NCBI GenBank assembly: GCA_018623995.1
Contig: JAAZUV010000001.1
Span: 1-51,902 of the forward strand
DNA: 51,902 nt
Direction of reading: 5' to 3'
DNA from: Methanobacteriota archaeon
GTDB taxonomy: Archaea > Thermoplasmatota > Poseidoniia > Poseidoniales > Poseidoniaceae
In this document: in pieces, positions 35,590-45,400 of the stretch
Position numbering within the stretch: the first letter of the stretch is position 1
How the letters are laid out: each line of letters begins with the position of its first letter
Position numbers and translations under genes: made by a program
The notes under the pieces: model-generated
Seen by the model: only the letters and a program-made list of their open reading frames with translations
Told to the model about the DNA's origin: nothing
The model's database searches: none

Positions 35590-36870
35590 TTTCATTTGTT
35601 TCGTATTCTTGATCCCAAACAAGTAACGCGTGACAACAGTACGTCGCACTGCTTCAAAGATAATCCAACAACCGGCTGTAACAAAAATGCAGCTGAGTAC
35701 GACTGCAGGAATTCCGGTGAAGCCAAATTCTTTTGCAAGACTCAGTCCAGCAAATGTGAGTGGCATATGGACGATGTAGAATGGGTACACGCCCTGATTG
35801 AGATAAGCAAGGGATGCACTGTTCTTGTTGAGAAGATGGGCTCCCCATGCAAAAACTGTGAGACACCAGAACCATGCGTGAAAACTGTGGATGAAGCAAC
35901 TAAGAATGGTCATCTGATTATGGAGAATATTGTTCTCAATCCAACCACCGTCCATGTAAGGAATTCCATCCTCATGCTGTTGAAGTCGAATGAGGACAAA
36001 TGCAATGGTTAGTACCACGGTGAGAATGGTTATGATATTCCTATTTGAACTCAGGAAATCGTAATACAGTTCTCTCGAAACAATGCATATGTATCCAAAA
36101 ATGAAGAACACAAGATACCATATCCATTCGTAACCAATGCCAATGAAGCCTGGAAACCATGGCTTGAATACCAATTCTGTCAGGGTAAGCAACATTGGGA
36201 ACAAAACGAAGATTCCGAATCCTCCTTTCAGAGTAAATGCTGAGCGAAACAAACGTGCAAGTTTTCCATCAGAATTCTTCTGTACCATGTGGAAGATGGG
36301 AATGCATAATACGGAGTAGAGAAAGAGATTCCAAAGAAACCACAAGTGGCCTAATGCTATAATTTTTCCAAACAATGGTACCCAAAAAAGGAACGAGGTA
36401 AACAGAACATGCACGAAGAAGGCTACGAGCGTATCAACAAATGAATTCCCCTCAAGATCAACACCTCCCGTGATGATTCCGCCAACGAATCCAACTGTCC
36501 ACATTCCAAAGAACATTGGTACGAGCAATCTTTGAAGCCGTTCGAGCAAGAAGGTTTTCCAACTTCTTCGCTTGAATGCGAAGGCAGTACCCATCCCTGA
36601 AATCATGAAGAGAGCGGCTAACCTCCATTGATGCATCCAGTGAAGAAACATGCTGGTTGGATCGACGGAATCGTATGTGTAATCGTTCCCTTCTTTAGCC
36701 ACTTCTATTCGGTCGTCTGGATCATCTGAGACATTCGGATTGATTTCTTCACCATAAGTTGACCAATATACACCAATTGCTACGTGGAACGGGATAAGTA
36801 ACCCAAAGAGAATCACGCGCAACCAATCGATATCGTATCGACGTTCTGGCTTTTCAGCAAGATTCTCCAC
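35557..36870 (-). CDS. Acyltransferase family 3 (OpgC/OafA-like) integral membrane protein
   Basis: RYDIDWLRVILFGLLIPFHV N-terminal block and ~10 TM segments. Apparent GTG start, with no in-frame ATG for ~75 codons. Confidence 0.7.
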   Translation of the reverse strand: MENLAEKPERRYDIDWLRVILFGLLIPFHVAIGVYWSTYGEEINPNVSDDPDDRIEVAKEGNDYTYDSVDPTSMFLHWMHQWRLAALFMISGMGTAFAFKRRSWKTFLLERLQRLLVPMFFGMWTVGFVGGIITGGVDLEGNSFVDTLVAFFVHVLFTSFLFWVPLFGKIIALGHLWFLWNLFLYSVLCIPIFHMVQKNSDGKLARLFRSAFTLKGGFGIFVLFPMLLTLTELVFKPWFPGFIGIGYEWIWYLVFFIFGYICIVSRELYYDFLSSNRNIITILTVVLTIAFVLIRLQQHEDGIPYMDGGWIENNILHNQMTILSCFIHSFHAWFWCLTVFAWGAHLLNKNSASLAYLNQGVYPFYIVHMPLTFAGLSLAKEFGFTGIPAVVLSCIFVTAGCWIIFEAVRRTVVTRYLFGIKNTKQMKSVVSQDFNQL

Positions 36871-36900
36871 GCTGCTTCGAAGGTTGCTGATGTTATATTG

Positions 36901-37557
36901 TTATGGGGGCATTCGGCGAATGGCAAGCGCATATTCAGAACCGACGCTCGTAGCATCTTTAGCGTCGATTGGAACTTGTACAAGCTGCTTACCCATCTTG
37001 CCCCGGCTTCTCATTCGTGTGAGAATTTCCTGTCCAATATAGCAACCTTTGGACTGATGGACAAGATGTTCCAAGCCACAATTGAATGGATGCATATCTT
37101 CAGTGATTTCATGTCCCTGGTATGGAATCATGTTCTTCGATCTGTACTCTGTAAATTGATCGAGAGTCATCGATTCATTCAATGAATTTTTGATCGATGT
37201 GACGAGTATCCAACCCAAGAATGAGCGGGTCACGGTTATACCATGTTCTCCCGGATAGTCTTCAGTACTCAAGTAAGCATTGTTGAGGGTGGTTACATCC
37301 CGAATTGTGACGTTTTGTTGCAGTATTCTAGGTTGGAGGTGGGCGAGAACTTTGTCTTTGTACGGCCCATAGCCGACGACGGCAAGATTGTCTCCAACTT
37401 CTATGACATCAACGACATCAATGATTTTTGCACTCGTTGTCGTAAATACAGTACTACAGGACGAATCAATCTTGTTTGTGGACAGGCCGTCAAGGAATGT
37501 GTATCGATCTTGACCCGAAATGAGCAAAACGTATGCATCAAGTTTGATGATGCCCAT
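36901..37557 (-). CDS. YgfZ/GcvT-like folate-binding protein (Iba57 family, short form)
   Basis: LLISGQDRYTFLDGLSTNKI and the signature KGCYIGQEILTRMRSRGK. Confidence 0.75.
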   Translation of the reverse strand: MGIIKLDAYVLLISGQDRYTFLDGLSTNKIDSSCSTVFTTTSAKIIDVVDVIEVGDNLAVVGYGPYKDKVLAHLQPRILQQNVTIRDVTTLNNAYLSTEDYPGEHGITVTRSFLGWILVTSIKNSLNESMTLDQFTEYRSKNMIPYQGHEITEDMHPFNCGLEHLVHQSKGCYIGQEILTRMRSRGKMGKQLVQVPIDAKDATSVGSEYALAIRRMPP

Positions 37558-37566
37558 GGTTGTTCC

Positions 37567-37947
37567 TCAAGCAAAGGATTCGCCACAACCACATGAACTT
37601 GAGGCGTTCGGGTTGTTGATTTTGAACCCGCCGCCCATGAGTCGGTCGACATAATCAACTTCAATTCCGTCGAGAAGATGCGATGAAGCGTTAGGAACGA
37701 GCACTCTGAACCCTGAGACTTCAAGTTCTTGGCAGTCGATATCGGTTGATTCGACAATCTGTAGGTCGTACATGTAACCTGAGCAGCCACCCGAAAGGAC
37801 ACCGACCAATAAAGCGTGACTTCGATCATCACCAAAGGCGTCGTTAAGCATTTCAATTGCCTTTTCTGTTAATGTCAATGAAACATCAACAACCTTCGGT
37901 TGGATGATTTCAATTGTTGGCGCAGTTTCACACGTTCCACAGTCCAT
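37567..37947 (-). CDS. A-type Fe-S cluster carrier (IscA/HesB/ErpA family)
   Basis: LLVGVLSGGCSGYMYDL and C-terminal NPNASSSCGCGESFA. ATG 37947 (the ORF-track start 37962 is TTG). Confidence 0.85.
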   Translation of the reverse strand: MDCGTCETAPTIEIIQPKVVDVSLTLTEKAIEMLNDAFGDDRSHALLVGVLSGGCSGYMYDLQIVESTDIDCQELEVSGFRVLVPNASSHLLDGIEVDYVDRLMGGGFKINNPNASSSCGCGESFA

Positions 37948-37988
37948 GTTTACCCCAACCAACGGTCCATTATGAATCTGACTTCGTT

Positions 37989-40355
37989 TTATCGACGCAT
38001 GAGTTTCTTCTTGCGTTCTTTCTCAAGAATGGTGCAACGACGGATTTGTTCCTTTGCTCGTTTTACTTCTTCATCCGAAAGACCACGTGGAATCGATTGC
38101 TCGTAACACTTGATCGCATCGGGGAATCGTTCCATTTCAGCGTATGCAGTTCCCATGTTGTAGAGGGTTTGTCCTCTTACGTTGGAAGGATCAATCATCA
38201 TCGCTTTGTGATATGATTCTACACAGGCCGGGTACTCTTCCAAAAAGTAGTAAGCGTTTCCTCGTCCATTGAGAATTCGTATAACCATCTGGTTATCATG
38301 TGCAAATGATGGTAGTGCTCTATCGAACGATGAGAGAGCCTCTCGATATTTTCCATCTTCCATTAGTTGGATGCCTTGGTTGTACCAAGATATATCTTGA
38401 TTGGCTACTGAACTTGAATTGGCCGATACAATTGGATTCATTTGAACCATAGCTGTGGCATCAAGGGCAGCTTTCGCAAGGTCAACCTCAACATTGACCT
38501 CTTCAGCAACTGATCTGCTGACAGGTTCAACGGGAGTGAGAAGAAGATCGTTTGCTGCACTCGTCGCTTGTCCTTCAACAACAGTCGGCTGCTCAATTGG
38601 TTGTGCTTGTATTGGTTCTGCAACCATCGCTGGTGGTTCTGGTGCAAAAGGAGGAGGCGTAGCTGTTGGCGGTGGAGGAGGCGTTTCAAACTGCTGTTGA
38701 GGTATCGTTTCAAACTCTGATTGAGGTGGTGATTCCAAATCACGAGCTTTCGTGTGACAACGCTGAGCTGTTTCTAGATCTCCAGCTGCTTCAAGGGACT
38801 TTGCGAGTCCTCTCCACAGAGATGGATTCTCTTTGTCATGTTGGATGAGCTCTTTCCAGACTGTTACTGCTTCAATGTTTTCTCCCTTGAGGGTAAGTGC
38901 TCGTGCTCGGTCAACAGAAGCGCCTGGGCTGAGTAAATCCAAAGCATACTGCGCAAGTTGGGGCGCCTCAGGCATCGTTGGAGGAATGCCGGTGATGTAT
39001 TCGAGAACCTCGACTTCGGTCTCTCCGCATTGAAGAAGGGCTTGGATGATTTCGTTTCGAAGTTCGGGATCGTCTTGGTGCTCAAGAATTTGCATTCCCT
39101 GTGACAAAACGGTTCCTACATCATTTTCTGCTTTTGCAAAGTCAATCAATTTCCGACGTGCTTTAATGTGACGTACGTCAAGTTCAACGGTCTTTTCGAA
39201 TGCTTCCTTGGCACCGGTTTGATTCTCATTCCGTGCATAGAGGCTACCAAGATTGTACCATCCCGATGCAACTGTTTCATCGAGTTTTGTTGCATGTTCC
39301 AGTGCAGCAATGGCGTGGGTGTCAAGTTCCATTCGAGCCATCGCTCCACCAGCAATACGCCATGCACCAGCGTGTTGCGCCCCAATGGTTTTCAGATGTG
39401 GTTTTAAGAGTGCGAGGGCTTTCTTTGGCTCACCTTGACGAATGAGTTCAGTCGCTTCATCCGTAAGCCTATCCAGATTGATTTCTTCTGCTGCTGGACG
39501 TTCTAGAATCTCTGCTTCGATGGTTTCCTCGATTTGTTCCTCTACAATTTGTGTTGCTGCTACGATTCCAGCGGCGCTCTTGAGCTCCTCTTTGTCGAGA
39601 TGGCCATCACCATCAAGATCGTGATGTGCGGCTTCTGCGAGAATGGCTTCTGCATCTTCAATGCCCGTTTCTTCCATAACAACGTTGAGCGTTGATTCTT
39701 GGTGGGTTGCCTTTGTAACAGTTGTTTCAATTTCATCTGGTACTTCCTCAACAGGTGCGCTTTTTGTCCGATTGAGTACATCGGTAAGGCTTGGATGTCC
39801 AGGGAAGAATTCGAGACCTCGTCTTGCCATTGCTGCTGCACCTGCATCGTCACCGATTCGATCGAGCAATATTGCCAAATTTGCTGTTGCTGGAGCATGG
39901 TCTGGATTGAGGTCGAGACAAATTTGGAATGCCTGCCGTGCACCACGAGCATCCTGTTGTGCTTCGAGAAGGACACCACGGTTGAACCATGCCATATCAC
40001 TTGATGGATCCAAAGCAATTGCTTTATTGAACGCAACAAGTGCTTCTTGCGGTGCATTTGACCGTGATTTGTATTCTCCTTCCTCGATGAGTGACTGAAC
40101 TTGCTCCTCTACCGTTAATTCCTCATCGGAGGGGGTATCTCTTGGCGATTCGTCTTCTGCTTCTGCTTCCATTTCTGCTGGTGTTTCTGGTTCAGGTTCA
40201 GCATCATCAGAATGGACCATAGAACCGAGTCCTGCTGAGCGCAAAGCATCCGCCATGTCGTTCATCAATGCATTTGACATCTCATCGTCCTCAGCACGCA
40301 TAGGCTTGTCCCGTTCTTTGGCAAGACTGTTATGGTATAAGCATAGTTGCTTCAT
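37989..40355 (-). CDS. TPR-repeat protein with an acidic N-terminus, one EF-hand loop and a Pro-rich segment
   Basis: Repeated TPR consensus (AWFNRGVLLEAQQDARGARQAFQICLDLNPDHA etc.), DLDGDGHLDKEE, PPPPPTATPPPFAPEPP. The start is uncertain (ATG 40355 or 40301). Confidence 0.7.
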   Translation of the reverse strand: MKQLCLYHNSLAKERDKPMRAEDDEMSNALMNDMADALRSAGLGSMVHSDDAEPEPETPAEMEAEAEDESPRDTPSDEELTVEEQVQSLIEEGEYKSRSNAPQEALVAFNKAIALDPSSDMAWFNRGVLLEAQQDARGARQAFQICLDLNPDHAPATANLAILLDRIGDDAGAAAMARRGLEFFPGHPSLTDVLNRTKSAPVEEVPDEIETTVTKATHQESTLNVVMEETGIEDAEAILAEAAHHDLDGDGHLDKEELKSAAGIVAATQIVEEQIEETIEAEILERPAAEEINLDRLTDEATELIRQGEPKKALALLKPHLKTIGAQHAGAWRIAGGAMARMELDTHAIAALEHATKLDETVASGWYNLGSLYARNENQTGAKEAFEKTVELDVRHIKARRKLIDFAKAENDVGTVLSQGMQILEHQDDPELRNEIIQALLQCGETEVEVLEYITGIPPTMPEAPQLAQYALDLLSPGASVDRARALTLKGENIEAVTVWKELIQHDKENPSLWRGLAKSLEAAGDLETAQRCHTKARDLESPPQSEFETIPQQQFETPPPPPTATPPPFAPEPPAMVAEPIQAQPIEQPTVVEGQATSAANDLLLTPVEPVSRSVAEEVNVEVDLAKAALDATAMVQMNPIVSANSSSVANQDISWYNQGIQLMEDGKYREALSSFDRALPSFAHDNQMVIRILNGRGNAYYFLEEYPACVESYHKAMMIDPSNVRGQTLYNMGTAYAEMERFPDAIKCYEQSIPRGLSDEEVKRAKEQIRRCTILEKERKKKLMRR

Positions 40356-40404
40356 GGCCAAGAAAAATCAATGGATTCATCTATTGCCTGTACTTCGAAA
40401 AGAC

Positions 40405-40956
40405 ATGGCGGACACCCCTCTCAAAATCATGGGCCTTTCTGGTTCAATTGGACGACACTCAAAGAACGGTATGCTGGTTGACTTAGCCTTGAAAAAAGCT
40501 GCAGAGATGGGAGCAGAAACTCATTTTTGGGATTTGCAGGAGAAACCATTGCCACTGGTAGGCGAAGAGGGATGTTGGTCAAATCCAATCGTCAAGGAAT
40601 TTCAGGAAATGGCTTCTTCATGTGATGCATTCCTTGTCTCCTCGCCAGAATACCACGGAACAATGTCTGGTGTGATGAAGAATACCTTTGACTGGGTTTA
40701 CGACCAACATGTTGGTGGAAAAGTGTTCGGCTTGATGTCAACGCTCGGAGGCATGTCCAATTCAAATACGCTCAACCATATGCGCATCATGCTACGTTGG
40801 CTTCATGCAAATCCTGTCTCTCAACAACTTGCGGTTGGGCATGTGAAAGAAGCATTCGGCGAAGATGGAGCATTGGTTGATTCTGATGTGGATCAAAGGC
40901 TTCAGTCTCTTGTTGAATCGGTCATGAAGACGGCTACAATGTATCGCGATTCGTGA
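40405..40956 (+). CDS. NADPH-dependent FMN reductase family flavoprotein
   Basis: KIMGLSGSIGRHSKN, FLVSSPEYHGTMSGVMKNTFDW. ATG 40405 avoids overlap with the divergent TPR gene. Confidence 0.8.
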   Translation: MADTPLKIMGLSGSIGRHSKNGMLVDLALKKAAEMGAETHFWDLQEKPLPLVGEEGCWSNPIVKEFQEMASSCDAFLVSSPEYHGTMSGVMKNTFDWVYDQHVGGKVFGLMSTLGGMSNSNTLNHMRIMLRWLHANPVSQQLAVGHVKEAFGEDGALVDSDVDQRLQSLVESVMKTATMYRDS

Positions 40957-40960
40957 TGAT

Positions 40961-41707
40961 ATGAACAGCAATCGTCCCTCTTTTGAGGATACGTTCGGAG
41001 GCACGTATCTTCTCGTTGAACCAGGTTCGTTTAACCTCGGTGATGAGGTGGGATCTGGACACCCAAACGAGCAACCGATTGTCTCAGTTGAAGTTTCAGA
41101 ACCATTTTTCTTAGGAGTTCGTCCAGTAACCCAAGCCCACTGGACCGCAGTTATGAACAACAATCCTTCAAAATTTCAAGATGGTTGGAGCGCAGGTCTT
41201 AGGCCTGTTGAAAGGGTCTCATTTGACGATGTCCACGTCTTCCTAAAAAGGCTCAACAATGAACAAGAAGAGTACATTGGGTTCAAAGGATATTGGAGAC
41301 TTCCATCTGAAACCGAGTGGGAATATGTTGCGAAAGCAGGTACCAAATCGCGATGGTCTTTTGGCAACAAAGATTCAGAACTTGACGCCCATGGATGGCA
41401 TGCTGGGAACAGTGGTGCTACAACCAGAGAAGTGGGCTCGAAGAAAGCAAATCCATGGGGCTTCTTCGATATGCATGGTCTTGTCCATGAGATGACGAGC
41501 GATGCATGGCAACCATCGCACGAAGGTCGTCATCAACAGCAAAATCCCGTTGGTTCAGTTAACGAACATTACGTAGCGAAAGGCGGTTCATGGTTCACAG
41601 AATCAGATTCAACCCGATCGTCATCTCGACGTAAAGTTCACCGAAAAGACCGCAAAGATGGCATCGGTCTGCGCCTTGTTTGGGAGCCATCTGAACCTGT
41701 TGCTTAG
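40961..41707 (+). CDS. Formylglycine-generating enzyme (FGE/SUMF1)-family domain protein
   Basis: RPVERVSFDDVHVFLKRLN, WRLPSETEWEYVAKAG, NPWGFFDMHGLVHEMTSD, KGGSW, IGLRLV. Confidence 0.85.
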   Translation: MNSNRPSFEDTFGGTYLLVEPGSFNLGDEVGSGHPNEQPIVSVEVSEPFFLGVRPVTQAHWTAVMNNNPSKFQDGWSAGLRPVERVSFDDVHVFLKRLNNEQEEYIGFKGYWRLPSETEWEYVAKAGTKSRWSFGNKDSELDAHGWHAGNSGATTREVGSKKANPWGFFDMHGLVHEMTSDAWQPSHEGRHQQQNPVGSVNEHYVAKGGSWFTESDSTRSSSRRKVHRKDRKDGIGLRLVWEPSEPVA

Positions 41708-42198
41708 TCCCCGTTCCGGATTACTGTATCCATTTCAAAATCAGGGTCATCCACAAGTGTTTGACCCATTGGAATTTTTCCGGGTCGTGTGTCCCAATCA
41801 ATTTCCTCAATACGATCGACAAATCGCATGACATTCAATCCGATAAAGACCTGAATGCCTGCATGTGTCCTGTGAACAACGGGTGATACGTCTTCATGGA
41901 ATGTTGCATTCATGTGTTCACAAACCTCTGCAAACGTTCGTCGGCCGTTGCACAATTCCCACAACACGCTGTTTTTGTCCAATAGAGGACGTCGAAGTTC
42001 ATGTGGTGCTCTCATGAGTTTAGCAAACACTCGTTCAATGCGACCAAATTTTTTCTCAAAACGAAGGACTATGCGTTTACCTGTACAACCTTCAACATCA
42101 GGATGAGGTCCCGAATCTCCTGTTCGACACCACCAAACTGGAAGCCGAACCGGAATTTTATCTGCCAATGGGTGTTGGTCTAGATCGCTTAATTCCAT
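41704..42198 (-). CDS. PqqD-like (peptide-chaperone/RRE-type fold) protein
   Basis: LLDKNSVLWELCNGRRTFAEVCEHMNATF..VHRTHAGIQVFIGLNVMRFV matches the PqqD-family pattern (LDe.G..iWel.DG.rtv.ei...l...f......fl..L...g.i) as I recall it. ATG 42198 (the ORF-track start 42228 is TTG). Confidence 0.45.
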   Translation of the reverse strand: MELSDLDQHPLADKIPVRLPVWWCRTGDSGPHPDVEGCTGKRIVLRFEKKFGRIERVFAKLMRAPHELRRPLLDKNSVLWELCNGRRTFAEVCEHMNATFHEDVSPVVHRTHAGIQVFIGLNVMRFVDRIEEIDWDTRPGKIPMGQTLVDDPDFEMDTVIRNGD

Positions 42199-42206
42199 AC
42201 AATCCC

Positions 42207-42380
42207 TCAGAAATCTGTCCAGGTCCAAATGACGAGACTGAGCATAGAAACGACACCAATCAAGGCAGAAATCCGAACCAACTCCTGACGTTTACTGAAT
42301 TTGTCAAGGTACCACGTTAACATTCCAAAAAATGCGACAGCAACCCAAAGGAAATACCAGATAGGATTGTCCTTGGCCAT
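42207..42380 (-). CDS. 57-aa two-TM micro-protein (below the ORF-track cutoff)
   Basis: My own translation of the reverse strand: MAKDNPIWYFLWVAVAFFGMLTWYLDKFSKRQELVRISALIGVVSMLSLVIWTWTDF*. ATG lies 21 nt after the upstream stop and the stop lies 8 nt before the next ATG. Two hydrophobic helices. Confidence 0.4.
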   Translation of the reverse strand: MAKDNPIWYFLWVAVAFFGMLTWYLDKFSKRQELVRISALIGVVSMLSLVIWTWTDF

Positions 42381-42401
42381 GTTGTCCCATCTCTAACCCC
42401 A

Positions 42402-45400
42402 TCATGGCTGTTTCCCTAATCGATCAAGGTATTGTTGGCCGTAATGCACCCATTGCTCCATCGACCATCCTGCCGGAAGACCCTCTTCGGGGAGTGGTGG
42501 TCCTGAGTTTACAGGTGAATCTTGACTAACGACTTTTTCATCGACAGGGGCAGATGGTTGAACTAATGGTTGCTGCGATATTGGAGGGCCTGCAACAAAG
42601 ACTTCGTCTTCCTCAACTGGGATTCTTTGTCGACGAATGACAAAGAGAATTGCTGCAAGTACGATGAACCCGAGGACCGATGCAACAAGGGTTGGTCCAT
42701 TGAGATTCTTTGAGAGGAATGATTCCTGTTGTGCGGGCCGTTCGAAGCTGAATGTTCGCGCATCTGTGAATTCTATTACCCCATCCGTTGTTGATGCACG
42801 GATAAGAACATCACCATTGTAGGAACCTCCTAATCTCTGTACTTGGCATCGTATGTCTTTCAGGCTCTCCGTGCTTCTTGAATAAGGCAATGAAACGTTC
42901 GTTTGCTCGTTGGTTGCTACGAGTGTCCCATCGCACGTAACTTGCCAGTTGTCTGGATGGGAAATGGCGTAAGAGACGTCTTCTGATTGCGTCGAATAAC
43001 TCGTCAGGTTTAGCCAAAATTCACCAAAAGTCACATCCGTTTGATTGTCCTGTGATGACAGCTCCATTGCAATCTTTCTCTGCTGATCGACCGTAATCAA
43101 TGTCTGACGCTCAATACGAACGATTTCACCTTCTGCATCCATGCCTCCTTCGACAAACACGGTTACAACAATTCGCGTGTTGAGTGGAACATTATCTCCA
43201 ACAACAACATCAACAAAAATTGTCTTTGTGGAGCCGGCGCTCATCGGAAACGTCAGAATGTTGCCGGATTCGGATGTAGGCCCGCCAACGCCAGCGGTTA
43301 GGAAGGCGACAACATCGCTTGTCGGCGGGGAAGTAGAAAGATCGAAACCAACATCCATACTTGATTCCAGAGCGTTTCCGATGTTTGTAACAGTGCCATT
43401 GAGTGAGACAGTCGTACCAACCATGGCGTGATAATCGAGTGATGACCCATTGTATTCTGGATACTTAACGCTACCAGTGATCATATCGATTGAAACATGA
43501 TTGTCTGAGAACTCAATATCTTGCCCTTCTGGGTGAAGTTCGAGTGTGATGGTGTGGAATTCCCCAGCTGCTTCCGTCATGGGAACCTCCAACAATACGT
43601 CGAATTCAATGGAATTCTCTCCTGAATATACAACTCCTAAGTCGATGCTGTTTGTTTCCTGAATCACTCCATCCACTCGAATTGAGTAGGTCCAGGATTC
43701 AGGTGCATCGACAAGACGTATCGTTGCACTTGTCGGACCATTTCCGTTGTTGATTGCCTCGAGTCCAATAATCGTCGTAGCGCCTGGTTTGAGCACCGAC
43801 TCCGAATCAACCATGAGCAGTTCCACATCGTACAACGTCTCAATCACAATGTTGCTGTATTCTGGCCCGTCGTATTGCATCCCACTTCGTGTTGAAGTGA
43901 GAATTGGATTGAATGTAGGGGCAACGTCGTTTGCCTGAGCGTTCTCAGGTGCCGTCACTGCAATGTAGAACGATGCACTAGACTCGGGATTAATCACGAT
44001 TGACGGACGTTGTTCAGCTTCAATCTTCCATCCAATCGCTTCGATGAAGTCAACAGATAAATCAAAACTATCCTGGCGTGTTGCCTGGTTTGTAATAGTG
44101 TATTGAATTTCAACTCTCTCTCCAGACGATAACATCGTTGTATCCATCGCATCGATATCAAGTTCAATCAAAGCATTGGATATCATCGATGCTTGGATGA
44201 CAATCGATTCAGTGAGGGTTCGTGAGGTGTCATTTTGAGCTGTCATCGTCAACCAAAAGTCGCCTGTTTTTTCAGGCGTCTCTCCAGCTGGTACCGTCAT
44301 GATGAGTTTGACAGATTGTATTTGGTTCGGTATGAGTCGAATGGATGGGGATTGGTCAAACGCAAGATTGACACTCCAACCAGCATCCAACGATTTTGGT
44401 GCTGTTTGTAGATCAAAGACATCGGTTGCTTGACCTACGTTTTCGACATCAATGAAGAAGGCGCACGATGAACCTGGTGCACATTTTGGTTTTGTTTCGG
44501 GAATATGAATGAATGGAATTCGATCTGCTGAAACTTGATACTGCATTGACTCTTCGACGGAGAAACTTGGATTCTGCAAACTACTGGCTGCAAATGTGAG
44601 AGGTACGAAACCAACTGTTGCATTCGGACTTGGTTGTAACTTTACATCGATTTGACGCGATTCACCGGGAAGGAGACGAACACCTGTGTTTGGATTCACA
44701 CCCGCACCACTTGGGAACGAAAACGCAACATTCCAATCATTCGGAAGATTTGGAACTGAGGGCACCAATGAATCACTTATGTTTCCTGTGTTGGTGAGTT
44801 CCAACCGAATTTTGCCCCAAGCGCCTGGTATGGAGCCGTCAGTGAAGATACCTGTGACGTCGACGTTGTATTCTTCAGTTCTCGCAGCTTGGTCATAAAC
44901 AAGAACAAAATCATCAAACCAGTATCCTACATCAGTTCCGGCTGAATCACTCGTAAACGTAAATTTGAATCGAGAATTTGAATGGAAGTGAGAATTCACA
45001 TCGGCTGGAATCAATGGTGTGGTGTGGCCCATGTGGTTGTTTGAAATCGTTTGCCAGTTGGCGAGTGTCGCTCCGACAGTGCCTGCAATGGTTGCCAAAT
45101 CATCCCACGCGCCTTGGTTATTTAGCGCATAGACTTTCATGTTGTCATTGACTTGTGCACTACCCGTGTAAAAGAACGTCAAACCGTTTGTTCTGGTAGG
45201 ATTCGCCACGATATCACTCATGTCCATGATTGGTGTCATGAGATCCGTCAGCAAATTGTTGCCATAATTACCAGACTGCCCTTGTCCTACGTGGCATGCT
45301 TGACCCATGCTCAGAGCTGTGTCTGAGTTTGTACCCCAATACGACCCAGCGTTCCAACCAACGAGAGATGTACAGGTGAAATACATCGTTGCAACCGTAT

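Noticed and set aside
38455-38700. Gly/Ala-rich 81-aa plus-strand ORF
   Set aside because: It is the reverse-complement shadow of the Pro-rich segment of the TPR protein gene.
41704-42380. Reading the 57-aa ORF plus PqqD-like gene as a RiPP precursor/RRE biosynthetic cluster
   Set aside because: No radical SAM, cyclodehydratase, YcaO, lanthipeptide or protease/transporter gene accompanies them. The 57-aa product looks like a two-helix membrane protein rather than a leader-core peptide. Kept only as a structural analogy in the operon finding.
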